Positions 1 through 9,399 of a stretch of DNA of 64,000 bases are shown one piece after another. The number at the start of each line of letters is the position of its first letter. Within the stretch, counting starts at the first letter, position 1. The position numbers were made by a program, and so were the translations under genes. The DNA is from an uncultured Cytophagia bacterium (GTDB lineage: Bacteria > Zhuqueibacterota > Zhuqueibacteria > Residuimicrobiales > Residuimicrobiaceae). The stretch spans positions 948-64,947 of the forward strand of contig CAYLWO010000023.1 of the NCBI GenBank assembly GCA_964387285.1, given 5' to 3'. A model generated the notes under the pieces. The model worked only from the letters and a program-made list of their open reading frames with translations. It was not told the origin of the DNA and made no database searches.

Positions 1-1
1 C

Positions 2-415
2 GGCATGCATCAACGGGCAGGCAATAAAAACGTGATCGAATTGCACGGCAGCCTGTGGCGCGTGCGTTGCAGCACACACGGCGTCTGGGAGGATTTGTCG
101 CCCACATTTACCCATCGCCGCTGCCCGCATTGCCAACAATGGCTCAGACCGGATATCGTTTGGTTTGAAGACATGCTGGACGAGGAGGATGTGCAGGCGG
201 CTGCCTACGAATTGGAGACCTGCGATCTGTTCATCAGCATAGGCACTTCGGCTAGGGTGTGGCCTGCGGCCGGCTATCCGGTTATCGCCCGACGCCACGG
301 CGCCTGGTGTGTGGAAATCAATCCGGAACCAACCGAGAACAAGGATCTGTATCAGCAGGTGGAACGCGGCAAAGCAGGCGCTATTTTGCCGCAATTATTT
401 GGCGTGAATATATAG
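2..415 (+). CDS. cobB: NAD-dependent protein deacylase, Sir2 family (C-terminal part; 5' end lies outside the window)
   Basis: The reading frame is open from the window edge. It has a Sir2-like zinc-ribbon Cys pair (CSTHG...CPHC) and the C-terminal Rossmann segment (FISIGTS...GAWCVEINPEPT). Confidence 0.75.
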   Translation, partial: GMHQRAGNKNVIELHGSLWRVRCSTHGVWEDLSPTFTHRRCPHCQQWLRPDIVWFEDMLDEEDVQAAAYELETCDLFISIGTSARVWPAAGYPVIARRHGAWCVEINPEPTENKDLYQQVERGKAGAILPQLFGVNI

Positions 416-512
416 AAACGTCCTCTATCAGGATTTTTCTACAAAAAAAATCGTCCTGGCTGCAGCAACCAGGACGACGAGATTCCTTCGGAGAGAGTGT
501 GCGAAAAAAAGA

Positions 513-917
513 CTAACTCGGTTTTTCACCTTTTTCGAGTTTATCGGCAATAGCAGCCAGAGCGGTGCGCACGGTTTTGCTCTTGTCAATTTGGGCCTGT
601 TCACGAATCGCCGCTACAACCCGGGTATCGCCGATTTTCCACAAAGCATTGGCAGCCACGATGCGTATGGAACTGACATCATCGGTTTTCATCATCGTGG
701 TCAACACATCCACCGCTTTTTTGCAGCACTGCACGCCTAATTTTTCCGCTGCCTTGGCTCGTTCCATCGGTTTATCGCTGTTCAAGGAGACCAACATCTC
801 TTTCTGTTCCTTGGTCAATTCTGTGGTCGGGGCCACATAGGTATCGCGCGCCCAGGCGCCGACACACAGCACGACAACCAACAGGGCGATGACACTGATC
901 ATTCGATTGCTTTTCAT
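513..917 (-). CDS. Small exported HEAT-repeat (PBS-lyase-like) protein
   Basis: It has an N-terminal signal peptide (MKSNRMISVIALLVVVLCVGAWA) followed by helical repeats of the 'D..VR..AA.ALG.IG' type. A GGAGG ribosome-binding site precedes the ATG. Confidence 0.55.
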   Translation of the reverse strand: MKSNRMISVIALLVVVLCVGAWARDTYVAPTTELTKEQKEMLVSLNSDKPMERAKAAEKLGVQCCKKAVDVLTTMMKTDDVSSIRIVAANALWKIGDTRVVAAIREQAQIDKSKTVRTALAAIADKLEKGEKPS

Positions 918-980
918 GGTACACCTCCATTTAATAATATAGGATAATGGTTTGAATTCCTGATTTCACTGTATACATTG

Positions 981-996
981 GCAATTCGCATGCCAG
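981..996 (-). promoter_or_regulatory. Sigma-54 (-24/-12) promoter candidate for the HEAT-repeat gene
   Basis: The minus strand reads GCTGGCATGCGAATTGCC, i.e. TGGCAT-N5-TTGC with exact GG-N10-GC spacing. It lies about 64 nt upstream of the ATG at 917. Confidence 0.5.
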
Positions 997-1107
997 CAAA
1001 ATTGATTTAGTAAAAAAAACACTTTTGCAACAAGTTGTATAAATTAAACGTTACCATTGGTGCCAATCATGTAGGTTCATGCAGGTTTTTCTACTGCATG
1101 GCCATTT

Positions 1108-1145
1108 TGGTGCGTTTCGTACCACTCGTGGTTCAAAACGTACCA
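1108..1145. promoter_or_regulatory. Two inverted 17-bp sites (TGGTGCGTTTCGTACCA and TGGTTCAAAACGTACCA), candidate enhancer (UAS) for the sigma-54 activator
   Basis: The sites are 21 bp apart centre to centre and sit about 115-150 bp upstream of the sigma-54 promoter. Their consensus is TGGTAC-N5-GTACCA with 6-bp palindromic arms. They lie between the activator gene and its likely target. Confidence 0.4.
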
Positions 1146-1637
1146 ACACTTTGAAAAAAAATTTTTTCACCGCGTGATTTTTGCAAAAAGAAATAAATTC
1201 TTCCTGCATAATTCGGCATTCGCATCGTCCAATCTGGGTGTGTATAAAAGAAGAAATCCGGCGGAACGATAAAATGTATCAGCAATGTAAATATACTATC
1301 ACACAAAAGTATAAAACGCAAAACATCTGCCTGATCATCGACTATTCGGTCAGAACACGGAATTCGGAGACGGACGTTGAAAAAAAGAATCCCAAAATGT
1401 ACCAGATGATGAAAAAAAGAATCGCTTTTAATAATCTTTTTGTAGAAGGGGATTGCTTCACGCCAGCGCGGATATTCCTCTTTGGCGGCTGCTTTGCCTT
1501 CATTTGCAATGACACGGTCTTAACATGATCGGGGTAATCATGGCATCCATGCCCTTTTCCGAATAACCCGGAACCAGATGTCGGACGCCTCAAGAGACTC
1601 TTGCAGGTTTTTGAGTTTTAAATCAGGATAGAGAAGC

Positions 1638-3119
<1,482 letters not shown>

Positions 3120-3205
3120 CGCCTTATTATACAACAAAATAGAGAAAAAAGTTTCACTCTGAAATCGGCGAGGAGGGCGTTCCGTTCACCTGATCAATAG
3201 ATTTT

Positions 3206-4333
3206 TCATGCCAAAGCAGCCAGGCGTTCAACCCCTTTAGCCAGGATCTGATCCTCTACGGCAAAAGAGAGGCGAAAGTGGCTATTGTGTTGTGAAAAAT
3301 CCTTACCTGGAACGATCAACACCCCGGCCTGACGTGCGCGCTCAAAAAAGGCCCGGCCATCCTGTCCAGGCGCTCGCGGGAATAAATAAAAACCGCCGTC
3401 CGGCTTGACAATATCAAAACATCCTTTCAGGCGGTCATAAACCATATCCCGTTTTTTCTCATAGGCTTTGCGAAACGGCGCAAAATCAATATCAAAGGCT
3501 TTCAGAGCCATTTGTTGCGCCACCGCATTCAGACTGGCATGGGTGAATTGTTGAATGGTGATCATTTTATCAATCACATCCGCCGGCCCTGACGTGTAGC
3601 CGAGCCGCCAACCGGTCATGGCCGCGCTTTTGGAAAAGCTGTTGACAATAATGGCATTTTTGGTCATTCTTCCCAGGCTGATCCACTCATCGGTAAACAG
3701 AAAGGGCTCGTACACCTCATCGGAAATGATGTAAAACCGGCGGCGCTCAGCCAAAGCGACGATTTTTTCCAGCTCTGCTTTTTTATACACCGCTCCGGTC
3801 GGATTATTCGGACTGTTGAGAATGATGGCCTTGGTGCGATCGGTAATCAGTTGCTCAATCCGTTCCGCTTTGATTTGAAAATCCGGATACGTGTCCACAC
3901 CCACCGGCTCGGCGCCGGCCAGAAAACAGATATTGCGATAAGCGACAAAGTAGGGATCCGGAACGAGTATTTGATCGCCGCTGTCCGCCAAAGCCAGGAT
4001 CGCCATCAGCAAACCGCCGGTGGCGCCGGCCGTGACCAGGAAATCGCCGTATTGAATGCCGCGCTGATCCAGATTCTGGCCGATTAAGCGGCGCAGCTCC
4101 GGAATGCCCCTGGTGGGTGTATACCGGTTATGGCCGCTGCGAATAGCGTCGCAGCCCGCTTCCATCAATTCTTCGGATAGATCGAAATCCGGTTCACCTA
4201 TGGACAGATTGATGTACTCCGGATGCTGAGTGGCGATTTCAAATACTTTGCGAATGCCGGACGGTTCTATGCGGCTGACGCGCAGGGCCGGTGATGCTAA
4301 AATCGACGACACAAAAAGTCCTTTCCCTTTCAA
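3206..4333 (-). CDS. Class I/II PLP-dependent aminotransferase (aspartate aminotransferase family)
   Basis: It shows the NLSIGEPDF, NSPNNPTG and SFSKSAAMTGWRLGY motifs, the last carrying the PLP-lysine. Its start overlaps the upstream TonB-like gene by 4 nt. Confidence 0.85.
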   Translation of the reverse strand: MKGKGLFVSSILASPALRVSRIEPSGIRKVFEIATQHPEYINLSIGEPDFDLSEELMEAGCDAIRSGHNRYTPTRGIPELRRLIGQNLDQRGIQYGDFLVTAGATGGLLMAILALADSGDQILVPDPYFVAYRNICFLAGAEPVGVDTYPDFQIKAERIEQLITDRTKAIILNSPNNPTGAVYKKAELEKIVALAERRRFYIISDEVYEPFLFTDEWISLGRMTKNAIIVNSFSKSAAMTGWRLGYTSGPADVIDKMITIQQFTHASLNAVAQQMALKAFDIDFAPFRKAYEKKRDMVYDRLKGCFDIVKPDGGFYLFPRAPGQDGRAFFERARQAGVLIVPGKDFSQHNSHFRLSFAVEDQILAKGVERLAALA

Positions 4334-5340
4334 TTTGATCTGGACAGCGGCCTGTTATCATAATAAAAAGTCCAAACCATTTCCAACATCTCTTCCGGAA
4401 AATTTTCCGGCAAGGGCTTGAACGGATTGGATGCTCTAACCGAGTTGAGACTGGTCTGCACCAACGACGCATGCCCGCGATATCCCAACGTTTCCAATCC
4501 TTCGACCGTGCCGTTGCGCTGCAGGCGAAAACGCAGGCGGACCTCTGCGCTGATGGCGCCCATGACGTAAAATGCCGGCGGCGGATACAGATGTTCGCGC
4601 AAACGGCGACGCATATACTCGATATAGGGCGCCCACTCCCAGGCATAGGTGCTGAGCGACACATCGCCGAATTCACCGGCCGAGCTATTGCGATTATCGT
4701 ACTGACCATCCTGCGAAAAGTTGCGGTTACCGCCGCGGCCGCCACGCAAGAGATCGCGACTAAAAGGTTCATACGCCTGCGAGGCCGGTTCAAAGCTGTC
4801 GGTCGTCTCGCCGCTGGATTTTTTACGCAATTTTTCCCATGGAATCATGCCCTCGCCTTCATAGGATTTCGCTTCTCGACCGCCGGCCTCTGCCAGCTGT
4901 TGCTCGCCATTCTCTCCGGCCGGCGCACCGGGCGGCGTCGGCAAAGAGGGCGCCATGGACTGACCGGGCGGCAAACCATCACCGCCTTGAAAAACAATTC
5001 GCGGACTGTTGCCTTCGCTGTAGGGCAATCCCTGAGGTAAATCATTCCGAGTGTAACGATCGGCTGCCTGTGCGCTTTTATCGGAAACATAAAGAGTGGG
5101 TTGATCGTCTTTTTTCTCTTTGACGACCTCTGGAGTCTCGATCAACTCTATAGGAATGTAGCGAAAGCGTGGGAAATGCATTTGTATGGAATCAGGATAA
5201 GCCGGTTGTACAGGCAAGGTGTATTTTTCAGGCGCCAAATTCGGCAACAGCAGCAGCGTCAACAAGAAGTGAAAAAGACCGGATAGCAATAAGCCGATGA
5301 GGACAAAACGATCGTTATTTACTTGATCTCGATAGTACAC
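4330..5340 (-). CDS. TonB-family energy transducer-like protein
   Basis: It has an N-terminal transmembrane anchor (FVLIGLLLSGLFHFLLTLLLL), a Pro-rich spacer and a C-terminal segment fitting the TonB C-domain pattern (YPP.A...G..AEV.LRF.L.RNGTV). Confidence 0.5.
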   Translation of the reverse strand: MYYRDQVNNDRFVLIGLLLSGLFHFLLTLLLLPNLAPEKYTLPVQPAYPDSIQMHFPRFRYIPIELIETPEVVKEKKDDQPTLYVSDKSAQAADRYTRNDLPQGLPYSEGNSPRIVFQGGDGLPPGQSMAPSLPTPPGAPAGENGEQQLAEAGGREAKSYEGEGMIPWEKLRKKSSGETTDSFEPASQAYEPFSRDLLRGGRGGNRNFSQDGQYDNRNSSAGEFGDVSLSTYAWEWAPYIEYMRRRLREHLYPPPAFYVMGAISAEVRLRFRLQRNGTVEGLETLGYRGHASLVQTSLNSVRASNPFKPLPENFPEEMLEMVWTFYYDNRPLSRSN

Positions 5341-5343
5341 AGC

Positions 5344-5676
5344 CTATTGCCAATCTGCCAATTCCGTTTCTTCATGTATCCAGTCCAGATACTCGCGGTT
5401 GCCCTCATCAATCGAGAAGGCGATGATTTCCGGAACCTGGTAAGAGTGCTCGGACTGGATCCATTCGCTCAACTCTTTAAAATACTTTCTGCGGGTCTTC
5501 ATGATGACCGTCACTTCATTGGCAGAGGTGATCTGGTTCTTCCACCAGTAAAAAGATTTCACGCCGGCCATGATATTGGCACAGGCGATCAGCCTGGCTT
5601 TGAGCACCTTTTGCACGATTCTTTCCGCTTCCTCCTGCGTAGCGCAGGAGGTCAAGACCAGGATATAGCTTTCCAT
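5344..5676 (-). CDS. cutA: Divalent-cation tolerance protein CutA
   Basis: It is 110 aa with typical CutA1 motifs (LIACANI..G..S.Y.WK...EVPEIIA..I..GN..YLDWI). Confidence 0.85.
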   Translation of the reverse strand: MESYILVLTSCATQEEAERIVQKVLKARLIACANIMAGVKSFYWWKNQITSANEVTVIMKTRRKYFKELSEWIQSEHSYQVPEIIAFSIDEGNREYLDWIHEETELADWQ

Positions 5677-5726
5677 AAAAGACCGTTGAAATTAAGTGTC
5701 CATTTTAACGTAGAACTGCAAAGTAA

Positions 5727-5755
5727 TTGCAATTAATATAAAAGTCAAGTATTTT
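5727..5755 (+). promoter_or_regulatory. Sigma-70-type promoter candidate (TTGCAA-17-TATTTT)
   Basis: The -35 element TTGCAA and -10 element TATTTT are separated by 17 nt and lie about 50 nt upstream of the ORF starting at 5805. Confidence 0.35.
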
Positions 5756-5804
5756 CAAGTTTATAAAAAGGAACCTTGGACGGTTCTAATTCGTAGAAAT
5801 TATA

Positions 5805-6698
5805 TTGTTTAATATACGAAATTGTTCCATTAAAATGGCTATTTTTATGTCGCGAAGCGCCGTTTGTACAATATTTTACATCATAGTATTCCTCGCTGCA
5901 TTGGCGCCAGTTGTTTACTGTCAACAGATTTTACCGGCTCAGTCTTCGGTAGATTCATTGGCGAACCGTCCTAAAGAGCAATATCCTGATTCGTCCTCCC
6001 AGGGATTGAACCTGGTCTATTCGCGCAGCTTTCTCGACCTGAGCAAATTGCCGAAAGAACCATTGCCGTCAACCTCTATCGTTGTTACCCCAGCCTACAA
6101 GCAAGGGAAAATAAGCATGTCGATTTCCGGTTCAAACCATGCCGATATCGGCATGCGCATGATGGAACAGCGCCATCACCCCCACGGACAACCCGTCCCC
6201 ATCAGCCAGATCATCCAATATATTGTAGAAAAATTGAACTTGAAGCCTCGCCCTGGCCCTCCTTCCCTGAATTTTATTCCCACCAGGGAGGAACTGAGCG
6301 TATTAAATTCCGTCTGGACTAAATCAGAGATCACGGATCAGCAGGTTTATGCCGATTTGGATACCTCGGTCAAATTGACGGCTGTGGATGTCAACCAGGT
6401 TTTAAAGGGGCTGGAAGCGAAAGGATTGCTGACTTTAGAGTTAATTTCACCGCGCAACGAATTGACCATTCTCACGCCTTTTGGCGCCATGCCGGTTGAA
6501 ATGAGTCCCACCAACCTGCGCAATCGCGTCTATCGCTACAAGAGCCTGGTGGATCGCCAACATATGATGCGTTTTTTACAGGCCCATCTCGGCCAGGCCA
6601 CGGACCCTAACGCGACCAGAAAGCGCACTCCGGCAGATTCATTGCGTCAGGTGCAGGAACTGCAGAATAAAATCATGCAATTGGTGAAACCGGAATAA
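5805..6698 (+). CDS. Hypothetical exported/membrane protein with a C-terminal segment resembling a BlaI/MecI-like winged helix
   Basis: It has an N-terminal hydrophobic segment (CTIFYIIVFLAALAPVVYC); the start is uncertain (5805, 5835 or 5850). The C-terminal region (ELSVLNSVW..EITDQQVYADL...VDVNQVLKGLEAKGLL) resembles penicillinase-repressor-type wHTH domains. Confidence 0.45.
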   Translation: MFNIRNCSIKMAIFMSRSAVCTIFYIIVFLAALAPVVYCQQILPAQSSVDSLANRPKEQYPDSSSQGLNLVYSRSFLDLSKLPKEPLPSTSIVVTPAYKQGKISMSISGSNHADIGMRMMEQRHHPHGQPVPISQIIQYIVEKLNLKPRPGPPSLNFIPTREELSVLNSVWTKSEITDQQVYADLDTSVKLTAVDVNQVLKGLEAKGLLTLELISPRNELTILTPFGAMPVEMSPTNLRNRVYRYKSLVDRQHMMRFLQAHLGQATDPNATRKRTPADSLRQVQELQNKIMQLVKPE

Positions 6699-6769
6699 CT
6701 TGAACTTGTATTCATCTTTTTAAATGCAAACGCAGATAGAGTTGATTTATTGAATGCTCATCGACGCGT

Positions 6770-6872
6770 GTGGGAAAAAGACCGGCAACGTCCGGAGCGC
6801 CGACGTCCCACCCGTAATTTCAACGCGCCCGCAAAAGCGACCGGGACGGTCGCGTTCCCGACAAATCTGTGA
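6770..6872. repeat. Copy 1 of a ~100-nt conserved GC-rich hairpin-containing element
   Basis: It is about 83% identical to the copy at 7071-7176. It contains the palindrome GCGACC-GGGAC-GGTCGC. On the minus strand it ends with CCGGACGTTGCCGG followed by TCTTTTT, which is terminator-like. Confidence 0.6.
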
Positions 6873-7070
6873 GTTGAAATCCACGGATACCTACAGTAAG
6901 GTTGTCCCAGATTATCTACGATTGTTTGGTCGCACAGCGACCAGTGCCGGTAGCCGGGCGTTTTAGCGCCCGGGAAACAAGGTACACCACCGCGTCGTGT
7001 AGCGACGTATGACCGACCTGTACACAGCCATCACATTGTCGCAAACCATATCATACATTTTCATGACACA

Positions 7071-7176
7071 AGTGGAAAAAAACCGGCCACAACCGGAACG
7101 CCGACATCCCGGCCGCAATGTCAATGCGCCTGCAAAAGCGCCGGGACGGTCGCGTTCCGGACGGGAAAAATCTATC
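7071..7176. repeat. Copy 2 of the ~100-nt conserved element
   Basis: Its sequence similarity to copy 1 can be seen directly. It lies 301 bp downstream of copy 1. On the minus strand it ends with CCGGTTGTGGCCGG followed by TTTTTTT. Confidence 0.6.
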
Positions 7177-7546
7177 ACGGCAATAGCATCATCTTATCCG
7201 ATTGCACCAGAGTTGCCTCCGTTGCGCAAGCTGCTTTAGGACATTCGTCCCGCTAGTTGCAGTGAGTTTCCACAGATCCCGGCACTCCCGGTATTGCGGG
7301 ATGAACATCCCGCGTCCGCTTGCGCGCAGCGGACATCTGCTGAGCGATCGCCTCTGTCCCTATCTTTAATACCGTGAGCCCTTTATCAACGCCACTTGCT
7401 GTACAAGGGGATTGCTTCACTCCACCTCAGAGAGTGCTCTTTGTCAAAGACACCTCCTCCAGTTCGCAATGACATCGTTTTAGTGTCGTTGGGGTATTCA
7501 CCGGATCATGAAACCTCACAGATCGCCAAGACCTGGAGGTTTGTAT

Positions 7547-8620
7547 TCACAGTCGACAAGGATCAGCCAAGGCATGGATAGAATGATTAAAGCACATGCG
7601 CCCTTTACCGCACAACTCTAAAATCGGATCCGGATTCAACAGGGAACCATAATACTCCATGGCCGCAGCAGGGCACCCGCCGAGGCAGTGCTCGCGAAAG
7701 GGATTTGTACACGTCAGACAGATCACTGGCACTGAATTCCACAAGGGATGCTTTCTTCCTTTTTCAACCAAACAAGAAAAAGAGTCCTTGCGCAGATCGC
7801 CTAAAATAATGGACGAGTGGTTGCAAGGCCGTAGTTTGCCGTCCACACTGATGGTGTAATAGGAATGGCCGTTTCCACGCGGACACCAACCAAAGCTGAG
7901 ATTGCTGAATTTTTCCAGATGCAAAAGACATGCGGGAATGGGCACCGCACAGGATGCAGAAACGTGATAATGTCCTACCACTTGATCAAACTGGCTCAGG
8001 CTTTCATCCAATTCCTGTACAGACGGCAAAATAGCCGGACCCGTTCTCTTGCCAACATTCACGCGATTATAAAGCACGCCGGCCGCGCCCAAAGCCAGAG
8101 CCAGTTCCACCGTACGATATACATCCCGGTAATTGGTCTTGGTGGCGATAAAAACATGGGTAAAACGGGCTTGATGCGTATGCAGTTCGGCGATGTTGCG
8201 CAGGATGGCCTGAAAAGAATTCCTGCCGGCAATCTGATTATGAATTTTTTCCTGAAAAGAAAATAAGGTGATCTCGTACGAGAGTCCGTTTGGCAGTCGC
8301 TTCTGCCTGGCGCGATCCAACAACGCAGCGTTGGTCACGATAATGGGTTCCAAACCCAAATCCACCACATCGCCGACAATTTCAGCGAAATTGGCGCGCA
8401 GCAGGGGCTCGCCGCCGGTTATGCCTACGTATTTTAAAGGAATCTCCTTTTTAATTTGCGCAAGCAGCCTTTTAATTTCTTCCCGGTTAAGCATCGGCCC
8501 CTGCAAGGGCACTGTTCCCCGGCCGTTATCCCGCCAATAATTATAACAATGAGTGCAATGATGATTGCACTGATAAGCAATTTCCAGACTTACCATCTGC
8601 AGCGGATCAGCGACGGTCAT
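7547..8620 (-). CDS. Radical SAM enzyme with C-terminal SPASM/twitch-type auxiliary Fe-S cluster domain (peptide/protein-modifying maturase class)
   Basis: It has the N-terminal CNHHCTHC (CxxxCxxC) motif and a GGEPLL SAM-binding motif. The Cys-rich C-terminus includes CLTCTNPFREHCLGGC (Cx2Cx7Cx3C) plus further Cys pairs. Its ATG directly abuts the stop of the upstream ORF. Confidence 0.8.
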   Translation of the reverse strand: MTVADPLQMVSLEIAYQCNHHCTHCYNYWRDNGRGTVPLQGPMLNREEIKRLLAQIKKEIPLKYVGITGGEPLLRANFAEIVGDVVDLGLEPIIVTNAALLDRARQKRLPNGLSYEITLFSFQEKIHNQIAGRNSFQAILRNIAELHTHQARFTHVFIATKTNYRDVYRTVELALALGAAGVLYNRVNVGKRTGPAILPSVQELDESLSQFDQVVGHYHVSASCAVPIPACLLHLEKFSNLSFGWCPRGNGHSYYTISVDGKLRPCNHSSIILGDLRKDSFSCLVEKGRKHPLWNSVPVICLTCTNPFREHCLGGCPAAAMEYYGSLLNPDPILELCGKGRMCFNHSIHALADPCRL

Positions 8621-9043
8621 CTACTTGATGGCCTCCCGCAATGTTTTAGCCAGAGAGGGAGAAATGATTTTTTCTTTAACAAAGCCGTCGATGAGCGCGT
8701 TCTGCATAACGGGGTTGAGCTTGCGCCAGAGCATGTCGGCCGGATAGTAGCAGAGAATGTAATAGCATTTGAACTGCGCCACCGGCGGCAGTACAATCAC
8801 CGCAATGTTGCTGCCGTCGATAATAATGCCGCCGCTGACCGGACCAATCTGATTCTGAAAATATTTCTCCAAAGGTACGGACGTCAACGCCAGTCTGGGA
8901 TCGAGCACAAAATGCTTACCTTCCGGCGTCTCTACATCAAGGCTTGCACCGGATTTTTTAATTTGCGCCGGCTGCATGGTTTTGCCGTACTTTTTCGTAA
9001 GCGCCTCAATGGTAAAGGGCACATTTTGTTCCTTCTGATTCAT
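8621..9043 (-). CDS. Hypothetical 140-aa protein, translationally coupled to the radical SAM gene
   Basis: Its TAG stop is immediately followed by the ATG of the radical SAM gene. I recognise no similarity. The C-terminal half is hydrophobic and Tyr/Cys-rich (KCYYILCYYP). Confidence 0.45.
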   Translation of the reverse strand: MNQKEQNVPFTIEALTKKYGKTMQPAQIKKSGASLDVETPEGKHFVLDPRLALTSVPLEKYFQNQIGPVSGGIIIDGSNIAVIVLPPVAQFKCYYILCYYPADMLWRKLNPVMQNALIDGFVKEKIISPSLAKTLREAIK

Positions 9044-9133
9044 GGCATTCTCCTCTCATGAAAATCATCGGTCAAACCGACAAGGCCAAATAGATTAACA
9101 GGAATGGTTTGCCGGCAAGACGGATATCTGCTT

Positions 9134-9150
9134 TTTAATACCGTGCAACT
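9134..9150 (-). promoter_or_regulatory. Sigma-54 promoter candidate for the 140-aa/radical SAM operon
   Basis: The minus strand reads TTTTGGCATTTGAGTTGCACGG, i.e. TGGCAT-N5-TTGCA, an exact match to the consensus spacing. It lies about 92 nt upstream of the ATG at 9043. Confidence 0.55.
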
Positions 9151-9267
9151 CAAATGCCAAAATACCGAGTCAGAATCAGGAGGGAATGATGCGGCCAACA
9201 GGATGAAATTACTGCAATTAATTTGCAAAACTAGGTTAAAGCTGCACCAGAAAAATCGGACTATTTA

Positions 9268-9301
9268 TGGCAATTTTACCATGAACATGGCAACTTTACC
9301 C
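9268..9301. promoter_or_regulatory. Two direct 14-bp repeats (TGGCAATTTTACCA / TGGCAACTTTACCC), possible upstream activator sites
   Basis: The repeats are 20 bp apart and sit about 120-150 bp upstream of the sigma-54 promoter at 9134-9150. The first is a TGG-N8-CCA quasi-palindrome. Confidence 0.3.
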
Positions 9302-9338
9302 GAATAATCCAAATCAGAAAAACGGTCGTTAAGAACTT

Positions 9339-9365
9339 GCGCAGGCCGGATGCACGGCCTGCGCC
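9339..9365 (-). terminator. Stem-loop terminator candidate after the 1086-aa secreted protein gene
   Basis: GCGCAGGCCG-gatgca-CGGCCTGCGC forms a 10-bp GC stem about 35 nt downstream of the stop. The minus-strand tail is only moderately T-rich. Confidence 0.4.
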
Positions 9366-9399
9366 AACAAGATGATGACATAAGGACGACTTGAAAAAA

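Noticed and set aside
1181-1528. A 115-aa plus-strand ORF in the sigma-54 intergenic region
   Set aside because: The region is AT-rich, the translation is low-complexity with no ribosome-binding site, and it overlaps the predicted enhancer and promoter.
6963-7178. A 71-aa Cys-rich minus-strand ORF (6 Cys) downstream of the SPASM radical SAM gene, considered as a possible precursor peptide
   Set aside because: It spans repeat copy 2 and its terminator-like hairpin. Its Arg/Cys content is explained by the GC-rich repeat sequence. Copy 1 has no equivalent ORF and no ribosome-binding site is visible. It is kept only as a remote possibility.
6754-7239. Plus-strand ORFs of 70 and 76 aa sharing a PGRSRS peptide
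   Set aside because: The shared peptide is simply the translation of the duplicated DNA element. Both are Arg/Pro-rich with no start context, so a non-coding interpretation is preferred.
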